The position numbers and the translations under genes were made by a program. The notes below the pieces were generated by a model. The model ran no database searches. It was given only the letters and a program-made list of their open reading frames with translations, and was not told where the DNA came from. This document shows, piece after piece, positions 1 through 9,179 of a stretch of 38,460 bases of DNA; the stretch's first letter is position 1, and each line of letters starts with the position of its first letter. Source of the stretch: a virus (taxonomy: Duplodnaviria; Heunggongvirae; Uroviricota; Caudoviricetes); the IMG/VR virus record IMGVR_UViG_3300045911_000760; one strand, given 5' to 3'.

Positions 1-2232
1 GCTGAAGCGAGCGCCGCCCTGCGTGCCGCCGCCCAGGCCGCCGAGGAACTCGGCGAGCGGCCGCGCGCGGCAGAGCTCGCCAGCCGCGCCGCCGAGCTGG
101 CGCCGGACGTCGCGGAAATCCAGCTCCTGGCCCGTCGCCTGGAGTACTTGGAGCGCGGGGCGGGTAACGCAGAGCAAGCGGCTCGCACCGTCGCGCAGCT
201 CCGCGGTCTCGGCGAGCGCTTGACCCATCGCCAGATCGAGCTTCGCGCATTCCTCCTCGCAGAGGCGCTCGACGTCGTCGAAGGCGGCGGGGCGGGACGC
301 CGCGAGCTCGACAAAGCCGTGGAGCGTGTCGGGAGCCGTGCGCTCGTTGCGGTCGGACTCGCCGAGCGGCTCGAAGACGATCCACGCCGCGCCTTGCAGC
401 TCCTCGATGCTGCGCTGGGCAGCGACCTGCACGGGCTCCGGGGCGAGGGGCAGGTGCTCATTCGCGCTGGGCGCGTGGCGCGCGCACTGGGCGAGCTCGA
501 TCGAGCACAAGCCTACCTTTCGGCCGTCGCCCACGAAGATCCACGCCACGTCGAAGCAGCCGCCGAGCTGCGCGAGATCGCCGCGGAGCGCGGGCGCGTC
601 GAGCGAGATGCGCAGGCGCGCCTCGAGAAAGAGGCGAAGGCGCGCGCCGAACGGGAGGCCGCCGAAACGAAGGCACGCGCAGAACGCGCCGAGTCGGAGG
701 CGAAGGCACGCGCCGAGGCGGAGCGTCAGGCTGCGGCAGCGAAACTCCAGAAGGAGCGCGCCGAGTCGGAGGCGAAGGCACGCGCCGAGGCGGAGCGTCA
801 GGCTGCGGCAGCGAAACTCCAGAAGGAGCGCGAAGCGGCGGAGGCAAAGGCACGTGCCGATCGGGAGGCGGCGGAGCTCAAAGCCCAGAAGGAACGCGAG
901 GCAGCTGAGGCGGAGGCCCGCGCGGCGGCACGAGCCGCCGAGGCGGAGAGGAAAGCAGCCGAAGAGAAGGCCCGCGCCGATGCAGAGGCAGAGGCGGTCA
1001 GGGCTCGCGCCGAAGCGGAGGCACGCGCTCAGCGCGAGCAAGCCGAGCGCGAGCAGGCCCAACGCGAGCAAGCCGAGCGTGCGCAGGCCGAGGCGCAGCC
1101 AGCGCCAGGTTCATCCCAGCGCCCCCGGGGTCGTCGGCTCTCTTCCGGATCCATGGCGAGCGTGCGGGAGCGAGATCTCGTGGCTGCCTTCGAAAACGGC
1201 GATGCGCTCGCCGGCCGCACGCTCCTGGAGCTTCTGGCCGGAGACGCCGCGCGGTCCCACGACCGCCTCGTCATTGCCGAGCGCTTGACGACGCTCTTGC
1301 CGGGGGACGAGTGGACGCTGCGCCAGCTGGTGCAGGCAGCCGAGAGCGAGCGCAATGCCCCGCTCGCCGCCGCTGTGCGCCACGTGCTGGGAACCTTCGG
1401 TGTGGTGCCCTTCGAGGTGGCTCCCGAGGTTGGCAAGCTGCGCGAGCAACCCGACGAGGTGCGCAAGATGCTCACCGGCGACTTGCAGTGCGCAGGCGTC
1501 GAGGCGGCGGCAATCGTCTGGGACAACGTCCCCAACCTGTTCAAACAGGAGCCGAGCGCCTATGGCATCACCGGGCTCGAGCGCGTGGCAGCTGGACCCC
1601 TGACCCCCCTATCGCGTTTGTACGCGGACGCCGTGCGCCTGTTCGGGGTCGGCCGCGTGCCCGTCTTCCAGCGCCGTGGGGCAGAGGCCATCACCCTTTC
1701 GGTGGCGCTGCTCTCGCCACCTGCGCTCCTCGTGAGCGGAGAGATCGAAGACGGCAGCTCCGAGCTCGCGTTCCACTTTGGGGCGATGATCCTGGCGACC
1801 ACGCCCGAGCTTGCGTTGCTGTTCGGCGCAGAACCGCCGCGGGTCCGCCTCCTGCTGGCTGCCTTGCTCGCGGCGTTCGGACCCCCCAGTGCGGCGCGCC
1901 CGAGCCCGGAGGTGACCCGGCTCGCGGCGTCCCTCTGGGAATTCTTGCCGCCACGCGGGCAACGGCGCCTGTCGCAACTCTGCGCCCACCCGGAGCAATT
2001 CGCTTACGACCGCGTGACCGCCGCGGCGCGTCAGGTGCTCCGCCGCGCCGGCCTCGTCCTGTGCGCGGACTTGGCGACGGCGGTGGTCGCCGCATGCGAG
2101 GAGGAGCGCCTAGCCCCGCCCCGCACGCTGACGGAACTCGGGGAGTGCGCCCGCCACAGTGCTGCGGTCGCCGACCTCCTGCGGCTCGCGGTCAGCCCGG
2201 CCTACGCAGAAGTGCGCTGGAGCGCCGCCTGA
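1..2232 (+). CDS. Host TPR-like / TolA-like coiled-coil protein, 5' truncated by the window
   Basis: Frame 1 is open from base 1 to TGA at 2230-2232. Helical TPR-like segment (ALGELDRAQAYLSAVAHEDP), then an A/E/K/R-rich linker and a globular C-terminal domain. Confidence 0.75.
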   Translation, partial: AEASAALRAAAQAAEELGERPRAAELASRAAELAPDVAEIQLLARRLEYLERGAGNAEQAARTVAQLRGLGERLTHRQIELRAFLLAEALDVVEGGGAGRRELDKAVERVGSRALVAVGLAERLEDDPRRALQLLDAALGSDLHGLRGEGQVLIRAGRVARALGELDRAQAYLSAVAHEDPRHVEAAAELREIAAERGRVERDAQARLEKEAKARAEREAAETKARAERAESEAKARAEAERQAAAAKLQKERAESEAKARAEAERQAAAAKLQKEREAAEAKARADREAAELKAQKEREAAEAEARAAARAAEAERKAAEEKARADAEAEAVRARAEAEARAQREQAEREQAQREQAERAQAEAQPAPGSSQRPRGRRLSSGSMASVRERDLVAAFENGDALAGRTLLELLAGDAARSHDRLVIAERLTTLLPGDEWTLRQLVQAAESERNAPLAAAVRHVLGTFGVVPFEVAPEVGKLREQPDEVRKMLTGDLQCAGVEAAAIVWDNVPNLFKQEPSAYGITGLERVAAGPLTPLSRLYADAVRLFGVGRVPVFQRRGAEAITLSVALLSPPALLVSGEIEDGSSELAFHFGAMILATTPELALLFGAEPPRVRLLLAALLAAFGPPSAARPSPEVTRLAASLWEFLPPRGQRRLSQLCAHPEQFAYDRVTAAARQVLRRAGLVLCADLATAVVAACEEERLAPPRTLTELGECARHSAAVADLLRLAVSPAYAEVRWSAA
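685..832 (+). repeat. Exact in-frame 72-bp tandem duplication
   Basis: 685-756 is repeated at 757-828 (plus 4 more bases), encoding RAESEAKARAEAERQAAAAKLQKE twice. Confidence 0.95.
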
Positions 2233-2384
2233 AGCACCCCGGGGAGGCTGCCGCTGGAGCGGCGCGACACGCATGTCGCGCCCGGCATCTGCGCCGGGGG
2301 AGCATTTCTCGTGCTTCGTCGCCATTCGCCCCTGTGGCATGGGCCTTGCTTGAAGCGTGGATCGTGCTCAGATCCCCTGGAGCC

Positions 2385-4205
2385 ATGGCCGATCAGCCGC
2401 CGCGCAGATCCACCGGGACCCGACGACGCGGGTCGATTGGCTGGCGCGCTTCGTTGCTGGCGTGCCTCGGATTCGGCGTGGCTGGCTGCTCCGTCGATGT
2501 CTTGGAGATGGCGGGCGGTTCGAGCACACGCAACGAATGCTCGGAGAGCAGGGAGTGCGGCGGGGGGCGTTGCGTGGGCGGCCAGTGCCGCGCAGAGGAG
2601 GGCACGATCGAGGCGCTGCTCCTCGAGATCACTCCCCCAGCGGACGCGCCCACCATCGCCGGGGTTCGCTTCGTCCAGACCCTGGGCGGCGTTCCGGCTG
2701 GTGGTGGGGCGCTGGACCTGGAACTCGGGCACGTGTCGCAGGTCCAGGGCACCGTGACGTCGGCTCCGGAGAGCCTCACCTGCGCGCCCGCCGCCGGGGA
2801 AGGGGACGCGCCCAGTCTCGATGGGAGTCTGCCCGCCCGGGTGACCCTGACGCCGCGGGCCCGGCAGCTCGGCGTCGCGAGCCCCAGCCACACGAGCGAC
2901 GCCGTCCTGATCGACGGGGGCTATCGCTTCCGAGCAGCGGTTCCGCCGGGTCGGTACGACATCTACGTCGAACCCCGCGAGGTGCTGGGCGAATGCGTCC
3001 GTCCGCCACACCTGTTCTTGGACCGGGCCGTGGAGGCAGGGGACGTGGACCTGCGACTGAAGCTCGCGACCCCCCAGGCGCTCGCGGTTCGGGTGCGGTG
3101 GCCCGACGTCGCTACGACTCTCGACGGCTGGGTGCTCGACATCATCGAGCGCGAGTCCGGTAGGTTGCTGTCCACGCGCGGCGTGCTCGGCGCGGGCCAA
3201 CAGACCGCCGACGGACTCGAATACAGCCTAGCTCTCGCGTACGTGCCGGCCGATCCGGCGGGAACGGGTCTCGAACTGGTGCGTCTGTCGCCGCCGCCGG
3301 GCGTGGCGGCCCCCCAGTTGATCGTCGACCGCAGCGTGGTCGAGCTCTTCCAAGAGGGGGAGGGGGTCATCGACCAGCTGCGCTCCCTGCCCCGTCCGGT
3401 GCGTGTCATGGCTCAAGTGAGCGCCGGCTACAGCACGGCGTCCGTCGCCGCGACGGTGAGCCTCGTGGCGACCGAGCTGCGCATGATCAGCCCCGGGACG
3501 GTCGCCGCGTTCGAGCGGGTGGTCGAAACCGATGGGAGCGGCCAGTTCGCGGTGGACCTGCTGCCCGGGACCTACCGGGTGGTCGCTCTCCCCCCCGTCG
3601 GATCCGGCCTGTCTCCGACCGAGGCCGTGTGGCAGATCAGCGCGAACGAGGAGGTGCAGGCAGGGCGCGTGGTGGAGCTCGTCTCGAGCGCTGAGATCGC
3701 AGCCCGCGTCTTCGGACCGGGGCGGGGCGTAGTCGCCGGCGCGTCCGTCCACGCCGCTGCTTCCGCTGGAACCCACGTGGCAGGTGTGCTCGACCGGGCC
3801 TTGGGACTGACCTCCTACACACCCCGCGCCGAGGGGGCGATCACCGACGGCGAGGGCCGCTTCCGGATGACTGCGGATCGGGGCCTGTTCGATCTCTGGG
3901 TGCGTCCCGGTGCGGGCTCCGGCTTCGCGTGGCTCGTTTACCCTGGTCTCGATGCGAGCGCGGGCGCGGTGCCCCTCGGCGACGTGCGGCTGCCGCTGCC
4001 GGTCGGTTACACGGGCGTCGTGACGTCGGCGGACTTGGGCACCGGCGTTTCCTCGGCGCTGGTGCGCGCCTACGCGTATCTCAAGGGTGCCGAGCTCACG
4101 AACGATCCCGCCGAAGCCACCGCGGTGGTGCAGGTCGCCGAGAGCCGGACCGGACCCGGCGGCGAGTTCGAGTTGCTACTCCCGGCCACCCTGTCGGCGC
4201 CGTGA
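2385..4205 (+). CDS. Host putative lipoprotein with beta-sandwich (carboxypeptidase-regulatory-like) repeats
   Basis: ATG at 2385 (MADQPP), lipobox-like FGVAGC, Cys-rich EGF-like stretch, repeated GxFxxxLxPGxY motifs. The ORF-track extension to 1311 is a shadow. Confidence 0.7.
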   Translation: MADQPPRRSTGTRRRGSIGWRASLLACLGFGVAGCSVDVLEMAGGSSTRNECSESRECGGGRCVGGQCRAEEGTIEALLLEITPPADAPTIAGVRFVQTLGGVPAGGGALDLELGHVSQVQGTVTSAPESLTCAPAAGEGDAPSLDGSLPARVTLTPRARQLGVASPSHTSDAVLIDGGYRFRAAVPPGRYDIYVEPREVLGECVRPPHLFLDRAVEAGDVDLRLKLATPQALAVRVRWPDVATTLDGWVLDIIERESGRLLSTRGVLGAGQQTADGLEYSLALAYVPADPAGTGLELVRLSPPPGVAAPQLIVDRSVVELFQEGEGVIDQLRSLPRPVRVMAQVSAGYSTASVAATVSLVATELRMISPGTVAAFERVVETDGSGQFAVDLLPGTYRVVALPPVGSGLSPTEAVWQISANEEVQAGRVVELVSSAEIAARVFGPGRGVVAGASVHAAASAGTHVAGVLDRALGLTSYTPRAEGAITDGEGRFRMTADRGLFDLWVRPGAGSGFAWLVYPGLDASAGAVPLGDVRLPLPVGYTGVVTSADLGTGVSSALVRAYAYLKGAELTNDPAEATAVVQVAESRTGPGGEFELLLPATLSAP

Positions 4206-4422
4206 CTCGAGGGGACGCCCCTGGTTTCCCGTGCGCGGACTCCGATCCGCCGCGACCAGCGGCAGGCAGCCCACTCCGGCCGGCTCAACGGTAGGACCGA
4301 CTCGGTCCCGCAGCATCAGGTTCGACATCGCTGAAATCGCCGCGAACGCGGGAATGTTTCGGCCTGATCGAGGGTCAAGGTACTGCTGGCGGGGAAACGG
4401 ATGACGGTATAGGGTCGATGGA

Positions 4423-5697
4423 GTGAGTCGCCCCTCCACTGCGCCGAGCCATCGGCCCGCCGAGCAGGGCTCGCCCGCCGTCGACCCGATCTCGGCGGTG
4501 GCGGAGTTTCATGCCGGCGTCGGGGACCCCTCCCCGTCAGCCGACGCGAGCGCGGCACCCCGCGCGTATCGCGAGGGCAGCGGCCGTGACGCGGCGGCGG
4601 AGGACACGAGCGGGCCGACGGAGCAGGCGGCGGCTTGGGGGGACTCTCGGGCGCTGGCCGGCGCCTTACATGAAGTCTCCAACGCCCTCACGGTCGTGCT
4701 CGGCTGGCTCGACGCCGTCGCGGAGAGCGACGACCCCGCCAAATTGCACGCCGCTCTCGCCGTCGCCCGCGAGCACGCTCGCCGCGGACGCAACCTGGCG
4801 CGACGCGCGATCGGTGCGGAAGGTGAGAGTGTTTGCGAACCGCGCGGTGCCGAAGGGCTCGCGCGGTTCGCCGTGATGAGTGTTCGACCACGCGCGCTCG
4901 CGTGCGGCGTGCACGTCGAGCTAGACGACGCAGAGGGCCCGGATGTGCCCTTGCTCGACGAAGCGCCCGCCCTGCAGGTGCTGACCAACTTGCTTCTGAA
5001 TGCCATCGATTTCTCCCCTGCCGGCGGCTCCGTCTGCGTGAGCGTGCGCGTCGAGGCAGACGCGGTCGTGTTCGTCGTCAGCGACGAGGGACCGGGCGTT
5101 CCCGAGGAACGTCGCGCTAGCCTGTTCGAAGATCCCGTCAGCACGCGCCTCGGGGGAGCGGGCATCGGGTTGCCCTATTCGCGCCGGCTCGCGTGCGAGC
5201 GTGGTGGCGATTTGCGTCTTGTGCCGACGTCACGCGGCGCTTGCTTCGAGGTGGTCTGGCCACGCGCGAGCACCACCGGGCTTCGTCCCAGCGCCTCCCC
5301 AGACTCGACCTCGCTCAAAGTGCTCGTCGGGTCGCGCATTCTGGTCGTCGAAGACGACGCCGCGATCGCCTCGCTGCTCGAGCTCAGCCTCGAGGCCAAG
5401 GGGGCCGAGGTGCTCGTCGCGCCCGGCGCAGAGAACCTCGCGCAGGTGCTCGCAGGTCGGCCGGTGTTCGACGCTGCGCTCCTCGACCTGTCCCCCGTCA
5501 AGGAGGATCTCGGCCGTTGGCTCGACGAGATCCGCCGCCAGGCGCCGGAGGCACCCCTCTTGCTCGTCAGCGGTCACCCGAACGGGGTGCCCGAAGAAGC
5601 CGAGGGACGTTTCTCTGCCTGGGTGCGGAAGCCCTTCGAAATGGGTGAGCTGCTGCAGACGCTGGCCGGCCTGCTCGCCCAGCGCGTGCAGCACTGA
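4423..5697 (+). CDS. Hybrid sensor histidine kinase / response regulator
   Basis: H-box LHEVSNAL, N-box QVLTNLLLNA, G1 SDEGPGV, G2 GGAGIGL; receiver domain ILVVEDD...LLD...RKPF. Confidence 0.9.
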   Translation: MSRPSTAPSHRPAEQGSPAVDPISAVAEFHAGVGDPSPSADASAAPRAYREGSGRDAAAEDTSGPTEQAAAWGDSRALAGALHEVSNALTVVLGWLDAVAESDDPAKLHAALAVAREHARRGRNLARRAIGAEGESVCEPRGAEGLARFAVMSVRPRALACGVHVELDDAEGPDVPLLDEAPALQVLTNLLLNAIDFSPAGGSVCVSVRVEADAVVFVVSDEGPGVPEERRASLFEDPVSTRLGGAGIGLPYSRRLACERGGDLRLVPTSRGACFEVVWPRASTTGLRPSASPDSTSLKVLVGSRILVVEDDAAIASLLELSLEAKGAEVLVAPGAENLAQVLAGRPVFDAALLDLSPVKEDLGRWLDEIRRQAPEAPLLLVSGHPNGVPEEAEGRFSAWVRKPFEMGELLQTLAGLLAQRVQH

Positions 5698-7131
5698 GCC
5701 GTGCAGGAGCGAGCCGTTCAGGAGCGAGCCGTTCAGCTCCGAGCTCCAGCACTCGTTCTGTGCGCCTTTGCGCCGGACCCGCTCCAGAACCCTTGACATA
5801 CCGCGGGGGCAGCCTACCTTCCCCGCGCCGGCGACGCCTGGGGTCCCAGGTGGTCCACCCTGCGAAGGTGGCGGAATGGCAGACGCACCAGCTTGAGGTG
5901 CTGGCGGGGTAACTCCCGTGGAGGTTCGAGTCCTCTCCTTCGCACAGCCAAAAAGAGCGGTGCCGGGTGGTGTAAGGCACCACCTGGCACGCTCTGACGG
6001 TGGCTCTGCCCCAGTATCCGCCCCAGAAAGGCCCGAGGGGGGTGCGCCAAGTTGGGCAAGAACCGAGATCGCCTCGGTCTCGTTCGCGTGGGCGTAGCGG
6101 TTCGTCGTGGTCGTCTGCTTGTGACCGACGAGGAAGGCGGCGCCGATCAGGTTGCCCGTCGTCATGAGCTCGGTCGTTCGCACGTGGCGGAGGTCGTGCA
6201 GGTGGACCCGCTCAGCCAGCTCAGGTGGCATAACCTTCGCGGCCGCCTTGCGGATCGTGGAGCGGAAGTCGCGGTCGGCGAACACCTGACCTCCGGCTTG
6301 CACGGGCAGGGACTCGAGGAGTTCCACCGCCCTGGGCGTGAGCGGCACGCGCCGCCCCCACCGGTTCTTGTCGGCGTCCGCGGTGATCTTCAGGAAGGTC
6401 TGCCCGCGGCTCCAGTGCGTACCCACGCGGAAGCGCCACCAGAAGCCTGCACGGAGCCCTGTCTCGAGGAGGATTTCGACCAGACCCCGAATGGGCCATC
6501 GGATACCGTCGACGCGACTGCGCCGAGAGAACTCAGGCAGGTGGGGCAGCATCGCACGGACAAGCTCGACCGTGAGACCTTCGGTGTGCCCTCGGTTGCC
6601 GTGCTTGTGCCGGGTACCCTGAGCCTTCCCTGGGCGCGGCGGGAACTTCGGCAGTTCGGTGATCCACCCGTGCGTCTCGGCGAACACCAGGACCTGACGG
6701 AGCGTGGAGAACTCCTTTTTCACGGTCTCGTAGGTCACCTCCTTCAACCGGCGAGCTTGGTACGACGCCAGGGCTCCCGTGGTGACGTCGGAAAGGCGTG
6801 GGAATGCTGGGACGAGGTGTGCCGAGAGGTGCATCGTCCGTAGCTCGGCTGTCTCTTGCGAAATCTCACCGCCGGTCTTCTCGAGCAGGTACGAAGCCCC
6901 GACCTCCGCGAGCTTGGCGTGAGGGTCCGACCCTTGGATTGGCTTGCCCCATCTCCCCGCCAGGACGTCTGCGACCATGACGGCGCCCCAACGGGACGCC
7001 GCAGCCCCGTCGGTGCTCTTCAGCGTCGAGTTTGAGAAGTCGAAGCGTCGACCCTGGTGACTGAACCGGCAGCGCCAGCGCTTGTTGATCTCGTCCCAGA
7101 CTACTCTGGGAGCCTTGGGCTTACCCGCCAT
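5230..7131 (-). CDS. int: Tyrosine integrase; ORF continues through the tRNA into host DNA
   Basis: ATG at 7131 (MAGKPK). Catalytic motifs ETGLR, HDLRH, VGH, NRY. No stop before the tRNA; first stop is at 5230-5232. Confidence 0.9.
   Translation of the reverse strand: MAGKPKAPRVVWDEINKRWRCRFSHQGRRFDFSNSTLKSTDGAAASRWGAVMVADVLAGRWGKPIQGSDPHAKLAEVGASYLLEKTGGEISQETAELRTMHLSAHLVPAFPRLSDVTTGALASYQARRLKEVTYETVKKEFSTLRQVLVFAETHGWITELPKFPPRPGKAQGTRHKHGNRGHTEGLTVELVRAMLPHLPEFSRRSRVDGIRWPIRGLVEILLETGLRAGFWWRFRVGTHWSRGQTFLKITADADKNRWGRRVPLTPRAVELLESLPVQAGGQVFADRDFRSTIRKAAAKVMPPELAERVHLHDLRHVRTTELMTTGNLIGAAFLVGHKQTTTTNRYAHANETEAISVLAQLGAPPSGLSGADTGAEPPSERARWCLTPPGTALFGCAKERTRTSTGVTPPAPQAGASAIPPPSQGGPPGTPGVAGAGKVGCPRGMSRVLERVRRKGAQNECWSSELNGSLLNGSLLHGSVLHALGEQAGQRLQQLTHFEGLPHPGRETSLGFFGHPVRVTADEQEGCLRRLAADLVEPTAEILLDGGQVEERSVEHRPTCEHLREVLCAGRDEHLGPLGLEAELEQRGDRGVVFDDQNARPDEHFERGRVWGGAGTKPGGARAWPDHLEASAA
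5696..5736 (+). repeat. 15-bp tandem repeat (about 2.7 copies)
   Basis: gagccgtgcaggagc gagccgttcaggagc gagccgttcag, directly after the kinase stop. Confidence 0.85.
5793..5820 (+). promoter_or_regulatory. Sigma70-type promoter of tRNA-Leu
   Basis: TTGACA (5793-5798), 16-bp spacer, TACCTT (5815-5820), about 40 bp upstream of the tRNA. Confidence 0.7.
5862..5944 (+). tRNA. tRNA-Leu(GAG); likely integration site
   Basis: Acceptor GCGAAGG/CCTTCGC, anticodon arm CCAGC-TTGAGGT-GCTGG, long variable arm, T-loop TTCGAGT; CCA not encoded. Confidence 0.97.
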
Positions 7132-7417
7132 GGGCCCTCCGCTCGAGGTGCTCCGCAAGCTCCTTCGCTTTCGGGTTCTGGCGCGTTGTGGCGTGCGCGG
7201 AGCCGCGCCGCTTGCTCGGACGGCGCACGGCAGGCGCGTCTTCGACTGTGACGTTCATGTACTCGTCCAGGTCCTCTCTGGCGTAGAGAGGCTTCCTGCC
7301 AATGCGTCGGCATCGCACACGCTTCGCCACGTGCTCCCGAAACGAGCTCACGCTGACGTTGCAGTACGCTGCGGCTTGCTTCGTATCGAGGTAGGGGCTC
7401 GTGCTGGGGGACGTCAC
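7121..7417 (-). CDS. xis: Excisionase-like HTH_17/MerR-type DNA-binding protein
   Basis: YLDTKQAAAYCNVSVSSFRE...RRIGRKPLYAREDLDEY; overlaps the int start; GTG at 7417 after a GGAG RBS. Confidence 0.8.
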   Translation of the reverse strand: MTSPSTSPYLDTKQAAAYCNVSVSSFREHVAKRVRCRRIGRKPLYAREDLDEYMNVTVEDAPAVRRPSKRRGSAHATTRQNPKAKELAEHLERRAHGG

Positions 7418-7528
7418 GGCGCTCCCCTCCAGGTAAGCGCGTTGCACCGGACACCGATGCCCGCTTGTTTGCCTTTCTGCGAGGCTGCCCCTTTCCGTGG
7501 AGCGCCGCAGTGCCGATGATAGCCGTGG

Positions 7529-7912
7529 ATGTCGAGTTCCTTGCCTCCCAGTCCTCCAGCGCTCCCGCGCTCCGTGCCTTTCAGCAGGCAGGTCGCGGTA
7601 CGTCTCGAGATCTTGATGGAAGCGCTCGACATGTCAGCTCGGGAAATGTCCCGCAGGATTGGCATTGCTGGTGGGGCGCTCAACCGAATCTTCAGCGGAG
7701 CCCGTGGCGATCGGCTCAACGTGGACGTGGCCTTGGCGATGATCGACGTGCTCGGAGCGTCCGACGCATGGGTGCTCCGAGGACGCGGCGCACCCATGGC
7801 AGACGGATCGACGCCACAGGACTTCGACCTTGCGAAGCAAAGCGTCCTCCGCAAGCGCGCGCCGCTGCTCGAGGGGCTCACCGCAGTTTCCCCCCATCAC
7901 GAAGCACGGTGA
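7529..7912 (+). CDS. XRE-family HTH regulator
   Basis: MSAREMSRRIGIAGGALNRIFSG...LGASDAWVLRGRG pattern; start uncertain. Confidence 0.7.
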   Translation: MSSSLPPSPPALPRSVPFSRQVAVRLEILMEALDMSAREMSRRIGIAGGALNRIFSGARGDRLNVDVALAMIDVLGASDAWVLRGRGAPMADGSTPQDFDLAKQSVLRKRAPLLEGLTAVSPHHEAR

Positions 7913-8141
7913 GGAAAGACTCCAGCTGACCGGCAGCGACCAAGAGCTTCATGCCGCTCTGGATGAGGTCGGCCGCGGAAGCACGCATGTCGCATGCGTC
8001 GCGCTCGAGGTCGTCGAGTTCGGAGTTCAGGTGGATTTTCGGGGCCCTGCCGATGGCGGCGTCGGCCTCGACTAGGGCCTTGTGCTCGTCGGCGGCGATG
8101 CGTTCGAGCAGTGCAGTTGCGGGGAATGGAGGGGTGTGCAT
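7878..8141 (-). CDS. Hypothetical phage protein
   Basis: 87-aa helical ORF co-oriented with xis/int. Confidence 0.5.
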   Translation of the reverse strand: MHTPPFPATALLERIAADEHKALVEADAAIGRAPKIHLNSELDDLERDACDMRASAADLIQSGMKLLVAAGQLESFLTVLRDGGKLR

Positions 8142-8170
8142 GGGGGGTGGGGACTTTGGTGGAGTGTGAG

Positions 8171-8395
8171 CTACGGGAGCTGGGTTGCTCTTCTCCGTCG
8201 CTGCCGCTCGAGCTCACGCCCGCGGGTGTCGGCCCAGGCGACGTAGCGCTGGAGCTCGCGGCGCTCGCGTTCCGCCTCCGCGTCGAGCTCACCCAGTCGA
8301 CGGCGCACGGCCTCGAGGTGAGTGAAGCGGATGCGCTTCGCGTGGAGGACGCGGCCGAGCTGGACCATTGGGTGGTAGGAGGCAACGCGGGCCAT
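8171..8395 (-). CDS. Hypothetical phage protein
   Basis: ATG at 8395 overlaps the upstream stop (TGATG). Confidence 0.5.
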   Translation of the reverse strand: MARVASYHPMVQLGRVLHAKRIRFTHLEAVRRRLGELDAEAERERRELQRYVAWADTRGRELERQRRRRATQLP

Positions 8396-8703
8396 CAGTC
8401 CTGGCACTCCGGGCAGCCCAGTCGGCCGCATTCGTTGCCTGACGTGCAGCGGTTGCCGGCCACACCGGGCGTTTCGTCGGGTTCGCGCTGTGCCCCGAGC
8501 CGCAACTCCAGCAGCCGCCGCTCCAAGACCTCCACGGCCTCCGGCGAGAGTCCCACGGTGATCATCTTGTAGTCGTCGGTCGTCACACGCAGACGGGCAA
8601 TCGCGCCCTGTTCAGCGTCGACGTCGCTGGGTTCCTCCAACGTGATCACGGTGCGGACGCCATCCTCGTAATCCACGATGCAAGTCACAGGGTGTGCGGT
8701 CAT
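8395..8703 (-). CDS. Hypothetical protein with C-terminal Cys cluster
   Basis: MTAHPV start coupled to the upstream stop; ends CTSGNECGRLGCPECQD. Confidence 0.55.
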   Translation of the reverse strand: MTAHPVTCIVDYEDGVRTVITLEEPSDVDAEQGAIARLRVTTDDYKMITVGLSPEAVEVLERRLLELRLGAQREPDETPGVAGNRCTSGNECGRLGCPECQD

Positions 8704-9179
8704 TGGGCGAAGTCTCCAGCCTGTAGGACGACCAGTCCGCGCGACGTGCCGATGCGTCTCCAACCTGCGCGCAGGAAGCAGCGGCCTGGGTCGCGCTTGT
8801 GTCGTACCTTGCGAGGATCGACCTCCGTCGTGAGCGGCGCTGGAGGGAGCCCCCACTTGCGTTCCCAGTAGCCCAGCGTAAGTGACGTTGCTGACCGAAC
8901 GAGTTCGGAGGAGCGAGCCGGCCCCTCGTTGCGGAAGAGCGAGCAGCGCCACCGCAGATTCCCCGCTGGGTCCAGGTTCTCGATCGCGCCCCAAACAGCC
9001 GAGTTGTCATGCGTTAGCAGCACGAAGGTGCGCCCGCTCGCCATGAACTCCACGGCGCCAGGCGTCTGCCGCGAGTAGTGACGATCCGCGAGCGCGCGGG
9101 CCGCGGGATGGCAGCGTCGCACCTGTCGCCACGGTGAGTCGTCCGCTGGTAGCAGCGCCAACTGCAGAGCGCCCATCAC
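8700..9179 (-). CDS. Conserved phage protein, possible Mom-like GNAT-fold DNA modification enzyme
   Basis: ADRHYSRQ...WRCSLFRNEG...TEVDP...GRCFLRAGW; motif layout recalls Mom/XF1762-type proteins (from memory, unverified). Confidence 0.45.
   Translation of the reverse strand: MMGALQLALLPADDSPWRQVRRCHPAARALADRHYSRQTPGAVEFMASGRTFVLLTHDNSAVWGAIENLDPAGNLRWRCSLFRNEGPARSSELVRSATSLTLGYWERKWGLPPAPLTTEVDPRKVRHKRDPGRCFLRAGWRRIGTSRGLVVLQAGDFAQ

Noticed and set aside
1311-2384. 964-aa ORF starting at 1311
   Set aside because: The N-terminal part overlaps the real upstream gene in another frame and is R/G/A-rich; the plausible start is ATG 2385.
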